Shown: positions 18,369-29,472, numbered from the stretch's first letter. The stretch is DNA of 64,000 nt from Candidatus Omnitrophota bacterium (GCA_043823745.1 JBDRAN010000028.1:67116-131115), one strand, 5' to 3'. Notes: generated by a model from the sequence alone, not told the origin. Translations and numbers: made by a program.

Positions 18369-19099
18369 ACAAGGAAAAGGTACAGTATTCATTGACGGTG
18401 GTAAGCCCGGCACTTAACGAAGAGGAAAATGTTTCCGCAGCGCTGGAGGGTATGGTGGCCGCGCTCAATGACGCGGGCATTGATTGGGAAATCATTCTGG
18501 TTGATGATGGCTCAATAGATAAAACAGGCGCTCTTGCCGAAGATTGTGCGCTTCGAGAGCCGCGCATTAAAGTTATTCATCATGAGCGCCCCATGGGTAT
18601 TGGGTATAGTTTTCGTGATGGAGCATGTGCGGCGGCCAAAGACGCGGTGACCTATCTTCCCGGAGACGGAGAAAATGATCCTGCTGAGGTTATTAAGTAT
18701 GTGGGGTTATTGGCGCATGTTGACGTGGTTGTCCCTTTTGTGATCAATAAGGAAGTGCGTTCCCGGACGAGGCAGTTTTTGTCAAAACTTTATCTTGCGA
18801 TCACCAATACCAGCTTCGGTACCAATTTTAATTACACCAACGGGAATGTAATCTACAAGCGCTCTATTCTTGGCGCGCTCGCGGTCCGTTCAAATAGTTT
18901 TTTCTTTCAGACAGAATATTTATTACGTTCAACTGCCGCTGGATTTACCTTTGCCGAGGTGCCTATTCGCATACGGGCAAGATTACAGGGAAGATCAAAG
19001 GCGTTGTCATTCAAGTCATTTCGTACGCTCGTTGTGGAATTCACGCGCCTGTTTCTAGAATTGCGGATCGTTGTCCCATTGAAGAGTCTATTTAGCTAA
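18365..19099 (+). CDS. GT2 glycosyltransferase (soluble DPM1-like)
   Basis: VVSPALNEEENV...ILVDDGSIDKT...PGDGENDP motifs. Confidence 0.75.
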   Translation: MNKEKVQYSLTVVSPALNEEENVSAALEGMVAALNDAGIDWEIILVDDGSIDKTGALAEDCALREPRIKVIHHERPMGIGYSFRDGACAAAKDAVTYLPGDGENDPAEVIKYVGLLAHVDVVVPFVINKEVRSRTRQFLSKLYLAITNTSFGTNFNYTNGNVIYKRSILGALAVRSNSFFFQTEYLLRSTAAGFTFAEVPIRIRARLQGRSKALSFKSFRTLVVEFTRLFLELRIVVPLKSLFS

Positions 19100-19174
19100 G
19101 CAGTCGTCCCTATTTCGTCGTCCGTCTTCCGGGGGAACACGAAAATAAGGTATGGATTGGTATTGTAATTTGTT

Positions 19175-20653
19175 ATGAAAATCGCTTTTTTACAGGAAAC
19201 GGTCAATCAGAATGTCGGCCTGATGTATTTATCGGCCATAGTCAAGAGCCAGGGGCATGATTGCCAACTGTTTGTTGAGTCTTTAGAGAAAGATTTTTTG
19301 AACGCCGTGCGCGCGTTCGCGCCCGATGTTATTGGTTTTAGTATTATTACCGGAGCTCATCACTGGGTGTTGCGCGTCGCAACGAGCCTTAAACGCGAAC
19401 TCCCCGGAGTGCTAGTTATCGCCGGCGGGCCGCACCCTACCTATTGTACTGATTTTATCAAAGAGTCATGTATTGATATTATCGCTCGAGGCGAAGCGGA
19501 ATATTCGTTTCCGCGTCTCGTTGAGTGTTTAGGCCAGGGTAAAGATTATAGCGCGACGCAGGGATTGTGGGTAAAGCGTGGCGATGAAATTATGCGTAAT
19601 GACGTAGCAATGCTGGTCGAGGATTTATCAAGCTTACCTCATCCGGATCATGAATTGTATCTAAAGTATGATTTTTATCGTAACCAGAGTGAAGTTCCTT
19701 TTACCACCACGCGGGGGTGCCCTTTTAATTGTTCGTTTTGCTATAACCATGTCAAGGCAACACTCTATAAAGGTAAGGGAAAATATGTGCGTATGCGCGG
19801 GGTAAGCGATATTATCGCCGAGATGGAGCACGCGCGCCGGTTGTATCCGAAGATGCGTTCGGTGATCTTGTATGATGATATTATTGGTATCGATAGGAAA
19901 TGGCTGGCTTCCTATTGTAGCGCTTACCGGGAGTCGATTAATCTTCCGTGGTTTACCAGTATCAGGGCGGATATTGTCGATGAAGGTGTAGCGCGCGAAC
20001 TCGGCAGCGCCAATTGTTTTTGTCTGTCGCTTGGCCTTGAGACCGGGGATGATGATTTACGGGAAAAAGTTTTGTGTAAGCGCATTCCGGGCGCGCAATA
20101 CTTACGCGCGGCACAGCTTTTGCACGCGCAGAATATTAAGGTACGTACTTCAAATATGCTTTTTTTACCCGGAGAAAATATAGAGAAAGCGCTTGCCACG
20201 ATTAATATAAACCGCGCGATGGAGGTTGATTTCGCCTGGGCCTATACGATGCAGCCGTATCCGGGGACCGACATTTACGATTATGCGGTTAAGTCAGGTT
20301 TTCTTCCGCCGTCGTTTCAATTTGACGATATTGATCCTTTGGGGCTTCTTGATCCAATTGTGATGGTGCCTGATGTCCGCAAGATCCTTGTGGTGCACCG
20401 GCTTTTTCAGTTTTTGATTCATAACAATGTTGTGTACAGGATGCGTTCTTTTCTGATTGCGATAGGGCCGAATCCTGTGTATGATTTTTTCTATTATTTT
20501 TCTCTCATTAAGAGTTACGCGCGGTATCACCAGGTTAGTTTCCTGCGGGCATTGAAAGTAGCCTGGACTAATTATTGGGGGACGCGTATAACACGCAGCG
20601 TATATGTAAAAAAACAAAAAAAGGAGATACATGCGCCTGCCGCGTCTTGCTGA
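19175..20653 (+). CDS. Cobalamin-binding radical SAM enzyme
   Basis: B12-binding N-domain, then TTRGCPFNCSFCYN. Confidence 0.8.
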   Translation: MKIAFLQETVNQNVGLMYLSAIVKSQGHDCQLFVESLEKDFLNAVRAFAPDVIGFSIITGAHHWVLRVATSLKRELPGVLVIAGGPHPTYCTDFIKESCIDIIARGEAEYSFPRLVECLGQGKDYSATQGLWVKRGDEIMRNDVAMLVEDLSSLPHPDHELYLKYDFYRNQSEVPFTTTRGCPFNCSFCYNHVKATLYKGKGKYVRMRGVSDIIAEMEHARRLYPKMRSVILYDDIIGIDRKWLASYCSAYRESINLPWFTSIRADIVDEGVARELGSANCFCLSLGLETGDDDLREKVLCKRIPGAQYLRAAQLLHAQNIKVRTSNMLFLPGENIEKALATININRAMEVDFAWAYTMQPYPGTDIYDYAVKSGFLPPSFQFDDIDPLGLLDPIVMVPDVRKILVVHRLFQFLIHNNVVYRMRSFLIAIGPNPVYDFFYYFSLIKSYARYHQVSFLRALKVAWTNYWGTRITRSVYVKKQKKEIHAPAASC

Positions 20654-22205
20654 TATGAGTATTGTCGGCATTCTGGTAATGCTTTTTTTATGCGTTGCTG
20701 TCCCGCGTTTTCAGTTTCCCGATCTTGACCACGGGGATGATTATCAGGATGCCGATGTTTTAAATTCGGGGACTAACTTTGAACGTTTTGGGTTCGTCGC
20801 CTGCCGGTTCCTGCCGGTTTTGCAATTAGGACTTGAGAGCCCGCGTGACCCCTATACCCATTATCCGCCCCTGCCGCAGATCATAAACGGCGTTTTGCGT
20901 AAAGTTTTTAAAACCGGCTCGCTGAGTTTTTTTAGAGCGGTTGCGCTTCTGGTGTCGTTGGCCAATTTTCTATTTTGGTATTGGTGCGTCTTGCTTTTGA
21001 CACGTTCTCGGGGCATTGGGATCATTTCCGCCATCTTTTATCTGACGAACCCATTTTTTATCTACGGGATCGATTCTTTGAGCGAATTTCTCTACGCGGA
21101 CGCGTTGCGTTCGGTTATCCTGTTCGTCTTTTTATATCGTCAAACCGCCGCGCGGCCGGGCCGCTGGCTCGCCTGGGTTCTGTGGGGTCTTATTTTTACG
21201 ACGTCCTTAGTTTCGTTTGAGTACATTATTTTCTTTTCGCTCTTTTTTATCCTGTGCCGTTATTTTTTACCCTCCCTTCGTGCGCCATCCTGGAAATTGA
21301 TTGTTTTTTTGTGCACCGCTCCGGTCGCGGGGTTTCTGTTGCATTTTATTCAAAACGCCTGGTATTTTGCCGACGCGTCGCGCGCGTTTGACGATTTACG
21401 TTCCAGTGCCACCGAGCGCATCGTGGCCAGCAAAGACTCTTCGCTTTCGCTTAATTTTTCCAGTTGGTGGAGAGAAGTCGTGCTGCGCAATGTTACGCTC
21501 GTATTTATTTTTAACCACTTTTTACTCTTATTTTCGTTTTTTGTCGGTTATCTGGCGCGCCGGAATCTGTCCGGCCAGGACAAGGCCCGCGCGGCCAGCC
21601 TCGGCCGGTTCTTCGTTATTCTTTTTATATGCGGGCTTACGTGGTATGTATTTTTTCCATCGCATTCGCTTGCGCATACCTACGTGCTTTTTTTGGCGCG
21701 CCACCTGGTGCCGGCAGCAACGATTGGATTTTCGCTTTTGTTTTTTATTTTGTTCGCGGCCGCGCGTAACGCTCCTCAATACGCCGTGGTGATAAAAAAT
21801 ATTTGCATTACCGGAGGGGTCATTTTTGTGGCCGTCTCCGGTATTTCGCGGACGGGATTGCCGGTTACCAAAGATCTCCGGGAATACGCGCGTGATTTTT
21901 TTATGATCAAACAGTGTTTGGTCCAGTTGCGCGTTCGTTCGGATAAAAAGGATACGATCGCGATTAATTACCACCGTTCGCCGTTTGTGCGCTACTATAC
22001 CGATCGTTTTGTGCAGAATATTTTCGGCGTTCCGGAGCTCACTGCGCTTCATCGGCTTCCGCGATATTTTATCTTCATGCCGTATAACAATAAACCGACC
22101 GCGGAACTTTTGGAGTTTTTACAGGAACAGTATATGCAAGTCCTTGAATCTCGTTCGCGGCGTTTCCCGGCGCTGGTGTTCGAGCTGAAAGCAAAACAAC
22201 CATGA
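20631..22205 (+). CDS. Polytopic membrane protein (possible GT-C-like transferase or polymerase); function unknown
   Basis: 524 aa with at least 10 hydrophobic segments and no recognisable soluble catalytic motif. Coupled to its neighbours by overlapping start/stop. Confidence 0.4.
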   Translation: MRLPRLADMSIVGILVMLFLCVAVPRFQFPDLDHGDDYQDADVLNSGTNFERFGFVACRFLPVLQLGLESPRDPYTHYPPLPQIINGVLRKVFKTGSLSFFRAVALLVSLANFLFWYWCVLLLTRSRGIGIISAIFYLTNPFFIYGIDSLSEFLYADALRSVILFVFLYRQTAARPGRWLAWVLWGLIFTTSLVSFEYIIFFSLFFILCRYFLPSLRAPSWKLIVFLCTAPVAGFLLHFIQNAWYFADASRAFDDLRSSATERIVASKDSSLSLNFSSWWREVVLRNVTLVFIFNHFLLLFSFFVGYLARRNLSGQDKARAASLGRFFVILFICGLTWYVFFPSHSLAHTYVLFLARHLVPAATIGFSLLFFILFAAARNAPQYAVVIKNICITGGVIFVAVSGISRTGLPVTKDLREYARDFFMIKQCLVQLRVRSDKKDTIAINYHRSPFVRYYTDRFVQNIFGVPELTALHRLPRYFIFMPYNNKPTAELLEFLQEQYMQVLESRSRRFPALVFELKAKQP

Positions 22206-23131
22206 AGGGATCCGTCATAATTCCGGTGCGCGGAGACGCGCCGTATCTAGCCCGGTGCCTGGAGTCGGTAATAAAGGGCGCCGGTTCTTTTGAGATTATT
22301 CTCGTCGATGACGGCTTGACACTTGAGGCGCGAGAACAGTTGAAAGCATTTGAGGGGCGCGTTCGTGTGCTTGAGAGCACCGGCAAAGGCGCCTCCCGGG
22401 CGCGCAATCTTGCGGCACGCCAAAGTTCCGCCGACTTTATTGCGTTTACCGACAGCGATTGTATTGTTGACCGGCATTGGATCGAGGAATTATTGAAGGG
22501 TTTTGACGCGTTTCCCGGCGTCGTCGCCTGCGGCGGGCCGCAGCGTTTACCGGCGGACGCAACCGCGTTTGAGGCGCGTGTCTTTTTATTTATGCAGCAC
22601 GCGGGCATTATTTCTGATTACGTGCGCACCCCCTCGGGGGATCGGATCGTTTTCGTGAAGCATAATCCATCCTGCAATGTTATGTATAAGCGTGATATTT
22701 TTCTTGAGAGCGGGGGGTTCCTCGAGAATTTCTGGCCGGGAGAGGATGTTGAACTTGACTGGCGGCTGCACGGTAAGGGGTACTCTTTGGTCACCAATCC
22801 CAAAGCTGTCGTGTATCATTATAAACCGACGGACATGGCCCTGTTTGCGCGGATGATGTCACGGTATGGGTGGGCGCAGGGGTGCCTGGTGCGCATGCAC
22901 GGGGTTACGCGGTTGCTGCATTTGGCGGCGTTAGGGGCCCTGGCGGTCCTACTTATCGTGATCGCTTTGTTTATCATCAATCCGTTTGCTGCGGTATCGC
23001 TCATTGTCGGCATGGCGGCGGCATTATACGTGTATTGCTGTTTTCGCCGTCTTGATTTGCGGCTTCTTTTGACCGGTATTTTTTTCTGGCATCGCGGGTT
23101 TTTAAAAGGTATCTGCGCGCCGGGCCGTTAG
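22202..23131 (+). CDS. GT2 glycosyltransferase with C-terminal TM helices
   Basis: IIPVRGDAPYLARCLESV...ILVDDG...FTDSDC motifs. Hydrophobic C-terminus. Confidence 0.75.
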   Translation: MKGSVIIPVRGDAPYLARCLESVIKGAGSFEIILVDDGLTLEAREQLKAFEGRVRVLESTGKGASRARNLAARQSSADFIAFTDSDCIVDRHWIEELLKGFDAFPGVVACGGPQRLPADATAFEARVFLFMQHAGIISDYVRTPSGDRIVFVKHNPSCNVMYKRDIFLESGGFLENFWPGEDVELDWRLHGKGYSLVTNPKAVVYHYKPTDMALFARMMSRYGWAQGCLVRMHGVTRLLHLAALGALAVLLIVIALFIINPFAAVSLIVGMAAALYVYCCFRRLDLRLLLTGIFFWHRGFLKGICAPGR

Positions 23132-23156
23132 CATAATTCGGAGTATCTTCCGTAAG

Positions 23157-25124
23157 ATGAATTTATTTCATTCACAAAAGGATCTTTTTGCAATTTTCGC
23201 CATTACGTTCTTGGCGTGTATTGTTTTTTTCAATATTTTTGGAAATGCATTTATCTGGGATGACCAGCAGCTTATTGTTGAAAACCCTCATATTCAGTCG
23301 CTTAAAAGCCTTCCGTTTTTGTTTTCCCCGAGTTACTGGAAATATCATGCGCCTGAGGTCCGTGGCTGGTATCGGCCCGCCCGCGTCGTGACGTTAACCA
23401 TCGATTACTTTTTCTGGAAGCGTAATCCGTTTGGCTACCATTTGACAAATACACTTCTCCATGCCGCTAACAGTATTTTTGTATATTTTCTGACAGGGCT
23501 CCTTACCGCAACCATGGTATCGAGGACGAAAATAAAAGAGGGGGGCCGAGGGTGGCCGCAATTTTTTGAGCCGGCGTTTGTTGCCGCCGCGCTTTTTGCG
23601 GTCCATCCGATGCATGTAGAGTCAGTTGCCTGGATAAAGAACCGTTCCGATCTTTTGGCTTTATTCTTTTTTCTCGTGTCATTTTTATTGTTCGCACGGT
23701 TTCTGGCGCGCGGCGGTTGGTTCTTCTCTTTAGCGTCCATCGGCGCAATGTTCGCGGCATTCTGTTCTAAAGAAATGGGTTTGGTCATGCCGCTGGTATT
23801 GTTTTCGTACGTTGTTTTTTTTGTGCCGTCCGGGCGCCGCCGGAGGGCTGCGGCAGTAGTTGGGCCGATGTTTGTGCTCGCCTTTCTTTATTTTATATTC
23901 GGAAGGAGTATCGTTCCGGCGACCAGTGCGCCTCCCGCATACCCGATGAACGTGTATATTCATTGTTTAGCCGTCCTTAAGACATACGCATATTATATAA
24001 GGCTGGTGTGCGTTCCTGTCGGGCTGAATGCCGCACGTTTTTTTGGCATTCCGCGTTCATTTGTTGAGCCGGGAGTATTTTTTTCAATAGGAACGCTTCT
24101 GATAGCCGCATTTGCTTTTTTGAGCGTCGTACGGAAATCTCGCCCGGCTGCATTCGCGATATTATGGTTTTTCATAACGCTTCTACCTGTTTCTAATATA
24201 TTGTTTCTTGAAGGGCGTCCTATTGCCGAGCAACGCCTCTATATTCCATCGGTCGGATTTTGCATTTTCAGTGCGTTGGCCATCTATGCCTTGGCGTGTT
24301 CACGGATGCGGTTGACTTCTCGTGTCAAGGGGCCGCAGTTGGCATCTGTTGTGTTTATTTCGCTTCTTATCTGGTGGGGCACGACGACGGTTATGCGTAA
24401 TTTTGACTGGAAAGATTCTATTACGTTTTGGTCCAAGACGGTCCGTCAGTCTCCCTGGAGCAGCAGGGCTCTGTATAATTTGGGGACCGCCTATGTGTAT
24501 CAGGGCGATTTTGCGCGGGCAGCCGGTTTGTATGAGCAGTCGCTGGCCCGCAATCCCTCATCGCTCGATGCGCTTAATAATCTGGGCAATATTTATTATC
24601 AAAAAGGAGATTTTGAAAAAGCGATAGGATTGTATCGCGCGGCATTCGCGGTCGATCCCCGTTCTCTGGAAACATATAATAATCTTGGCGCCGCATACCA
24701 GGCTGTCAATAGGAGCTTCGAGGCCGCGAATGCTTATCAAGAAGCTATTACGATCGACCCGGACGACCCGGCGGCGTACAATAATTTGGGCACCTTGTAT
24801 GAGGCCGGCGGAAAAACACAGGAAGCCATCGCTGTGTATAAAAAAGCGGTTGTGTTAAAGCGCGCGTCGGCAGAAGTTTTTTTTAATCTAGGTGTTTCGT
24901 ATTGCTCGGCAGGGCAATACGCACAAGGGCTGGAAGCTTTCGCGCAGGCGATAGCGCGTAATCCCGCTTTCGCGCAGGCGTACAATAATATGGCGGTGGT
25001 GTACTATTACCAGCGGGATTACGACCGGGCATTGAGCACCGCTGAAAAAGCGGAAACGTTAGGCCTGCGCAACGAGGAACTTTTCCAGGCGCTTGAAGCT
25101 CTCGGAGCGAATATTCAATCGTGA
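23157..25124 (+). CDS. TMTC-like GT-C protein O-mannosyltransferase-type enzyme (DUF1736 membrane domain + C-terminal TPR repeats)
   Basis: N-terminal FGNAFIWDDQQLIVENPHIQS, about 11 TM segments, and about 6 C-terminal TPR repeats (YNLGTAY..., LNNLGNIYY..., YNNLGAAY...). Confidence 0.65.
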   Translation: MNLFHSQKDLFAIFAITFLACIVFFNIFGNAFIWDDQQLIVENPHIQSLKSLPFLFSPSYWKYHAPEVRGWYRPARVVTLTIDYFFWKRNPFGYHLTNTLLHAANSIFVYFLTGLLTATMVSRTKIKEGGRGWPQFFEPAFVAAALFAVHPMHVESVAWIKNRSDLLALFFFLVSFLLFARFLARGGWFFSLASIGAMFAAFCSKEMGLVMPLVLFSYVVFFVPSGRRRRAAAVVGPMFVLAFLYFIFGRSIVPATSAPPAYPMNVYIHCLAVLKTYAYYIRLVCVPVGLNAARFFGIPRSFVEPGVFFSIGTLLIAAFAFLSVVRKSRPAAFAILWFFITLLPVSNILFLEGRPIAEQRLYIPSVGFCIFSALAIYALACSRMRLTSRVKGPQLASVVFISLLIWWGTTTVMRNFDWKDSITFWSKTVRQSPWSSRALYNLGTAYVYQGDFARAAGLYEQSLARNPSSLDALNNLGNIYYQKGDFEKAIGLYRAAFAVDPRSLETYNNLGAAYQAVNRSFEAANAYQEAITIDPDDPAAYNNLGTLYEAGGKTQEAIAVYKKAVVLKRASAEVFFNLGVSYCSAGQYAQGLEAFAQAIARNPAFAQAYNNMAVVYYYQRDYDRALSTAEKAETLGLRNEELFQALEALGANIQS

Positions 25125-25238
25125 GCGCTTGCTTTTTCAGTACTCAACGATAGAATGCATTATGCCGTACGGCGGCTCGGCGCAGGTGTCCTTTGCTTTG
25201 CGTACGCGCCCAGCCGTTGTGGCCTGCAGCATGTATCC

Positions 25239-26738
25239 ATGAAAGAAAAAAAATATAAAATTTATCTTTTTTATGTCTCCAATAATCCCCTCTGGAGGCA
25301 TTTTCCTAATTCATTACTTGCGCTCTGCAATCCCCTGACTGATGCGGGGCTTACTCCGGTGATTATCGATACCGTGCTGCAGAAGACGGAGATTCTCGCG
25401 CTCGATGACGCGCTTTTTGCCGGTTTTAGTATTTATACCGACATTAATATTACGCGAGCCCTGGCGCTTGCGCGCGACCTACGAGCGCGCTATCCCACGC
25501 TTCCCTTGGTTTGGGGCGGCCCGCACGTGATCATGAAGCCCGAGCAGGCCGCCCGGCATCCGCTGGTTGATGTTGCCTGTTACGGCGAAGGAGAAATCTC
25601 TGTTGCCGCCCTGGCACGGAATCTTTTAAACGGAAAAGAAACCTTTGAAAATGTTCCGGGGATTATCTGGAAAAATGCCGCCGGCGAGCTCGTTAAAAAT
25701 CCTGCTCCCGATTATGTCGATGTGAACGCGCTTGCCGTATATCCGTACCAGATCCTTGACGAGAAGTTGTATAACTTAAAGCACGGGAAAATTTATTATG
25801 AGGCAAGCAGGGGGTGTCCGTATGGGTGTAAATTTTGTTCGTATGATCACACCAAGTGGCGTAATCGTGCCGCGGATAAAGTCATTGAGGATCTAGGTTT
25901 CATCGAGCGCGAGTTTATGCCTCAGGAAATCCAAATTACCGACGCCAACCATTTCATGAGTATTCCCTGGGTCAGCCGGATCTGGGCGGGGAAAATTTCC
26001 CGGGGGTTAAAATTCCGCTGGGAAACTAATTGCCGCTTTGATACGCTCGCACGCATACCCGATGAGGTGCTTGCAATAATCGCCGCCTCGGGGTGTTATC
26101 AACTGCGCCTGGGGGCTGAGTCAGGCTCGCAGGAGATCCTTGATTATCTCAATAAAGGCGTCAAGGTTGAGGAGCTTTTCGTGGGACTTGAAAAATGCCG
26201 GCGCCATAACATCGCGCCGCTTATTTCGTTTATGGTAGGATACCCGCCGGAAGGTGAACGCGAGATTGACGCGACGACACAGTTGATTGACCGTATCCGC
26301 GTGAAATTTCCGGCCGCGCAGATCAATGGACTTTTTCAGTTTCAACCCTACCCGAATACCAAAATTTACGAAGAAATCTCCCGTGACTACCACATTCCGC
26401 AGCCGGAAACGCTGGATGGCTGGGCACAGTATCAGATCATCGAGATGCACCGGGGAGATTTTCCCTGGCTCTCCAACCGCCAGTATCGCCAACTGCGGGT
26501 TTTAAACGCGATTGTCAGCTATATTTTCTTCGCGGATAAAGTGCGTAACATGCCCCGGGAGCAGAGGAATGCCATTGCTTTTTTTAAATTCGTTCCCCTA
26601 TTCTATCTTTTTTTAGCGTGCGATAGCGTCGTACGGAACATTTTTGTGCGTTTGCGCTGGGACAGAAAAATAATGTTTTTTCCGTTTGAGTGGTATGTGT
26701 GGAATTTTATCAGGAAGAACGTGCTCAAACTTTTTTAG
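25239..26738 (+). CDS. Cobalamin-binding radical SAM enzyme
   Basis: SRGCPYGCKFCSY motif. The likely ATG is at 25239 (MKEKKYKIYLF) inside the listed ORF. Confidence 0.8.
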   Translation: MKEKKYKIYLFYVSNNPLWRHFPNSLLALCNPLTDAGLTPVIIDTVLQKTEILALDDALFAGFSIYTDINITRALALARDLRARYPTLPLVWGGPHVIMKPEQAARHPLVDVACYGEGEISVAALARNLLNGKETFENVPGIIWKNAAGELVKNPAPDYVDVNALAVYPYQILDEKLYNLKHGKIYYEASRGCPYGCKFCSYDHTKWRNRAADKVIEDLGFIEREFMPQEIQITDANHFMSIPWVSRIWAGKISRGLKFRWETNCRFDTLARIPDEVLAIIAASGCYQLRLGAESGSQEILDYLNKGVKVEELFVGLEKCRRHNIAPLISFMVGYPPEGEREIDATTQLIDRIRVKFPAAQINGLFQFQPYPNTKIYEEISRDYHIPQPETLDGWAQYQIIEMHRGDFPWLSNRQYRQLRVLNAIVSYIFFADKVRNMPREQRNAIAFFKFVPLFYLFLACDSVVRNIFVRLRWDRKIMFFPFEWYVWNFIRKNVLKLF

Positions 26739-26928
26739 CGGTTAGCTCATGGGAGAGAATAAGAATGAGGGACGAGGGACGCGGATAAGCACGAATGCCC
26801 ACGAATAAAAAACGAATGATCACGAATTAAAGATTCGTGTGAATTCGTGACCCAATTTGTGGTAATTCGTGTTTGTACATTTGCGGTCATTAGCGTTTTA
26901 AATTAGCGGTCATTAGCGTAATATAAAT

Positions 26929-28074
26929 ATGAAAGTCTTAATAGTTAATCGTTATATGTCGCTGTACGGAGGAGCGGAAACCGTAGTAAAAGAGCTTGCC
27001 GCCGCATTGACCCGCTGCAACATCACAACTGCCGTACTCACCCTTAATGTATCCCCTGAAGTGGAGAGGCTTTGCAGCGGCATCGATGTGCGTTGTGCGC
27101 CCGGAGTATTTGATTATACGCTACGTAGTTCCGGATTTTTCTCAAGCGTTGGAGTTATCAGGGAAATCAAGGCGTTACGGACGTTACTTAAGAAATATGT
27201 CGCTGATTTTGACCTTATTAACGTGCATAATTTTCCGGCGAGCTGGGTTGCCGGCGGCCTCAAGAAACCCGTTGTTTGGATGTGCAATGAAGTGCCGGAT
27301 TTTTATAATAATCCTAAGCCTTCCATGGCAATACGATTGTTACGCAGTGCCGGCATCCGTCTTGACAAAAAAATCGTCAATGACACCATTGATTCTATTT
27401 GTGTTGCTGACGAATACAATGCCGCGATGGTTAAAGAGCGCTACGGCCGTACACCCGTTATCGTTAACTACGGAATCGAAACTGATTTTTTCTCATCCGG
27501 CGGCGACAGTGCGCCGCAGCAGCCGCAGACGGTTTTTACGCTTTTGCAGGTTGGAATGCTGAGCCCCGAAAAAAATCAACTAAAAAGCCTCGAGGCCCTT
27601 GCGACGCTCAAAGCAGATATTCCCAATATTATGCTTGTCCTTGCCGGAAGACCTCAGGAACCATACGCCTCGATGCTTCGCAGGCAAGCCGATGCTCTTG
27701 GTATCGCCGATAAGGTTGTGTTTACCGGACATATTACCAAAAATGATGTCCGTGATTTATATCATGCTTGCCAGGTTGCGCTCTTTCCGGTAAAATCTCA
27801 GGGCGGCTGGCTGGCGCCATTTGAGGCGTTGTCTGCGGCAAAACCGATCGTCACTTCAACGACCATGGGAGCAGCGAGTGTCATTAGCCGCCATGACCTG
27901 GGGATTGTTTCCGATGATTTCGCCGGGGCGATAAAAGATATTTATAGTCGTTACCAGGAATATCAAGAGAAAGCAGTCACCTCATGCGCCTGGGTCAAAA
28001 AGCATCTGACTTGGGAGCGGTTTACGGATACGATGGTGAAAGTGTTTGAGGAAACGATGGCACGGCGAGGATAA
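26929..28074 (+). CDS. GT4 (GT-B) glycosyltransferase
   Basis: C-terminal FPVKSQGGWLAPFEALSAAKPIV (EX7E-type motif). Confidence 0.75.
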   Translation: MKVLIVNRYMSLYGGAETVVKELAAALTRCNITTAVLTLNVSPEVERLCSGIDVRCAPGVFDYTLRSSGFFSSVGVIREIKALRTLLKKYVADFDLINVHNFPASWVAGGLKKPVVWMCNEVPDFYNNPKPSMAIRLLRSAGIRLDKKIVNDTIDSICVADEYNAAMVKERYGRTPVIVNYGIETDFFSSGGDSAPQQPQTVFTLLQVGMLSPEKNQLKSLEALATLKADIPNIMLVLAGRPQEPYASMLRRQADALGIADKVVFTGHITKNDVRDLYHACQVALFPVKSQGGWLAPFEALSAAKPIVTSTTMGAASVISRHDLGIVSDDFAGAIKDIYSRYQEYQEKAVTSCAWVKKHLTWERFTDTMVKVFEETMARRG

Positions 28075-28230
28075 GCAAGGAAGCTCATAGCTCATAAGCT
28101 CATAGGAAAGATGGCAGATAAGAAATCGAGAGATGAAGAAAAGATCTAATCGATTAGGAATCTCTGTAATCTTTCTCTAATCGCTGTAATCATAAATAAG
28201 TAATTCGCGTTCAAAAGAAGGAGCTTAATA

Positions 28231-29262
28231 ATGAAAGTTCTTGTTACCGGCGGTTGCGGGTTTCTTGGTTCATGGGTATGTGAGTATTACCGGAAAAAGG
28301 GCGATGCGGTTATTGCGTACGATAATATGACCAAGAACGAATTGATGCGTACCGGCTATAATGTCGAGCGTGCCCGTGATTATAATTGGAACTATCTTAA
28401 AAGTGCCGGCGTTGATCTTGTCAAGGCTGACGTGCGTAATAAAGAAGAATTATTTGAGTACGCCAAGAGCGTTGATTTTATCATCCACACCGCGGCGCAG
28501 CCGGCAATGACCATCAGCATTGAAAATCCAGAACTTGATGCAACTACGAATGTCATCGGCACCTTCAATGTGCTTGAGGCAGCGCGTACCTTTAAGATCC
28601 CTGCGGTTTCCTGTGCCACGGTACACGTGTACGGGAACCGGATCAATAAAGAATTAAAGCAGGCAAAAACCCGTTATGTCCGCAAGCCCTCTGCGATTGC
28701 CGAGACGTATCCTACGCTGACCGGAACCTTAACGCCGCTACATGCTTCCAAAGCCTCGGCTGATATTTATGTGCGCACGTATATCGATACTTTTAAAGTC
28801 AAAGCCGCAAGTTTTCGTTTTACCGGCTTATACGGTGAGCGGCAACTGGGTGGAGAGGATCATGGCTGGGTGGCGAATTTCTGCATTCGGGCATTGATGG
28901 GGATGTCGATCTCAATTTACGGCACCGGAAAGCAGGTACGGGATATTTTATATGCCGAAGACGCCGCGCGTGCCTTTGACGCTTTTTACCGCAAGCAGGT
29001 CCCGGGAATTTATAATATCGGCGGCAGCCGGGCTACGATGATCTCGTTGCGCGAAAGCATCAAGATCATCGCGGAGCTCACCGGAAAAAAAATAGACGCA
29101 ACCTTTGGGCCGGAGCGTTTGGGCGATCTGCGTTATTTTGTTTGCGACACCAGAAAGGCGCGTAAAGCCTTTGGCTGGTCGGCGGCGATCAAGCCGCGTG
29201 AAGGGATCAGCCGGCTTATTGCTTGGATAGAGAAGAATAGAAGCTTATTCCAGGCTTCTTGA
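28231..29262 (+). CDS. NAD-dependent sugar-nucleotide epimerase/dehydratase (SDR)
   Basis: VLVTGGCGFLGSW and GTGKQVRDILYAEDAA motifs. Confidence 0.75.
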   Translation: MKVLVTGGCGFLGSWVCEYYRKKGDAVIAYDNMTKNELMRTGYNVERARDYNWNYLKSAGVDLVKADVRNKEELFEYAKSVDFIIHTAAQPAMTISIENPELDATTNVIGTFNVLEAARTFKIPAVSCATVHVYGNRINKELKQAKTRYVRKPSAIAETYPTLTGTLTPLHASKASADIYVRTYIDTFKVKAASFRFTGLYGERQLGGEDHGWVANFCIRALMGMSISIYGTGKQVRDILYAEDAARAFDAFYRKQVPGIYNIGGSRATMISLRESIKIIAELTGKKIDATFGPERLGDLRYFVCDTRKARKAFGWSAAIKPREGISRLIAWIEKNRSLFQAS

Positions 29263-29297
29263 GGGGCTGCGCCCCAGTGCGTCCCGTGAGGGGCTGA
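29262..29297. repeat. Copy of the GC-rich palindromic repeat family
   Basis: gaggggctgcgccccagtgcgtcccgtgaggggctg resembles the units at 807-887 and 11669-11818. Confidence 0.5.
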
Positions 29298-29472
29298 GAT
29301 GCTCGTTTTGCCTTGGGGCTACGGTTTATCCTTAATTTTATATATTGAGCGGAACCCCTAAACGTAACCGATACTGGCAACGTTACCCTAACCGTTACCG
29401 AAGCACTAAAGAACTACGCTGTCGACAGGTAGGGAAGCGAGCCGCGCAACCGCAGGACGCACGACGAGATGA

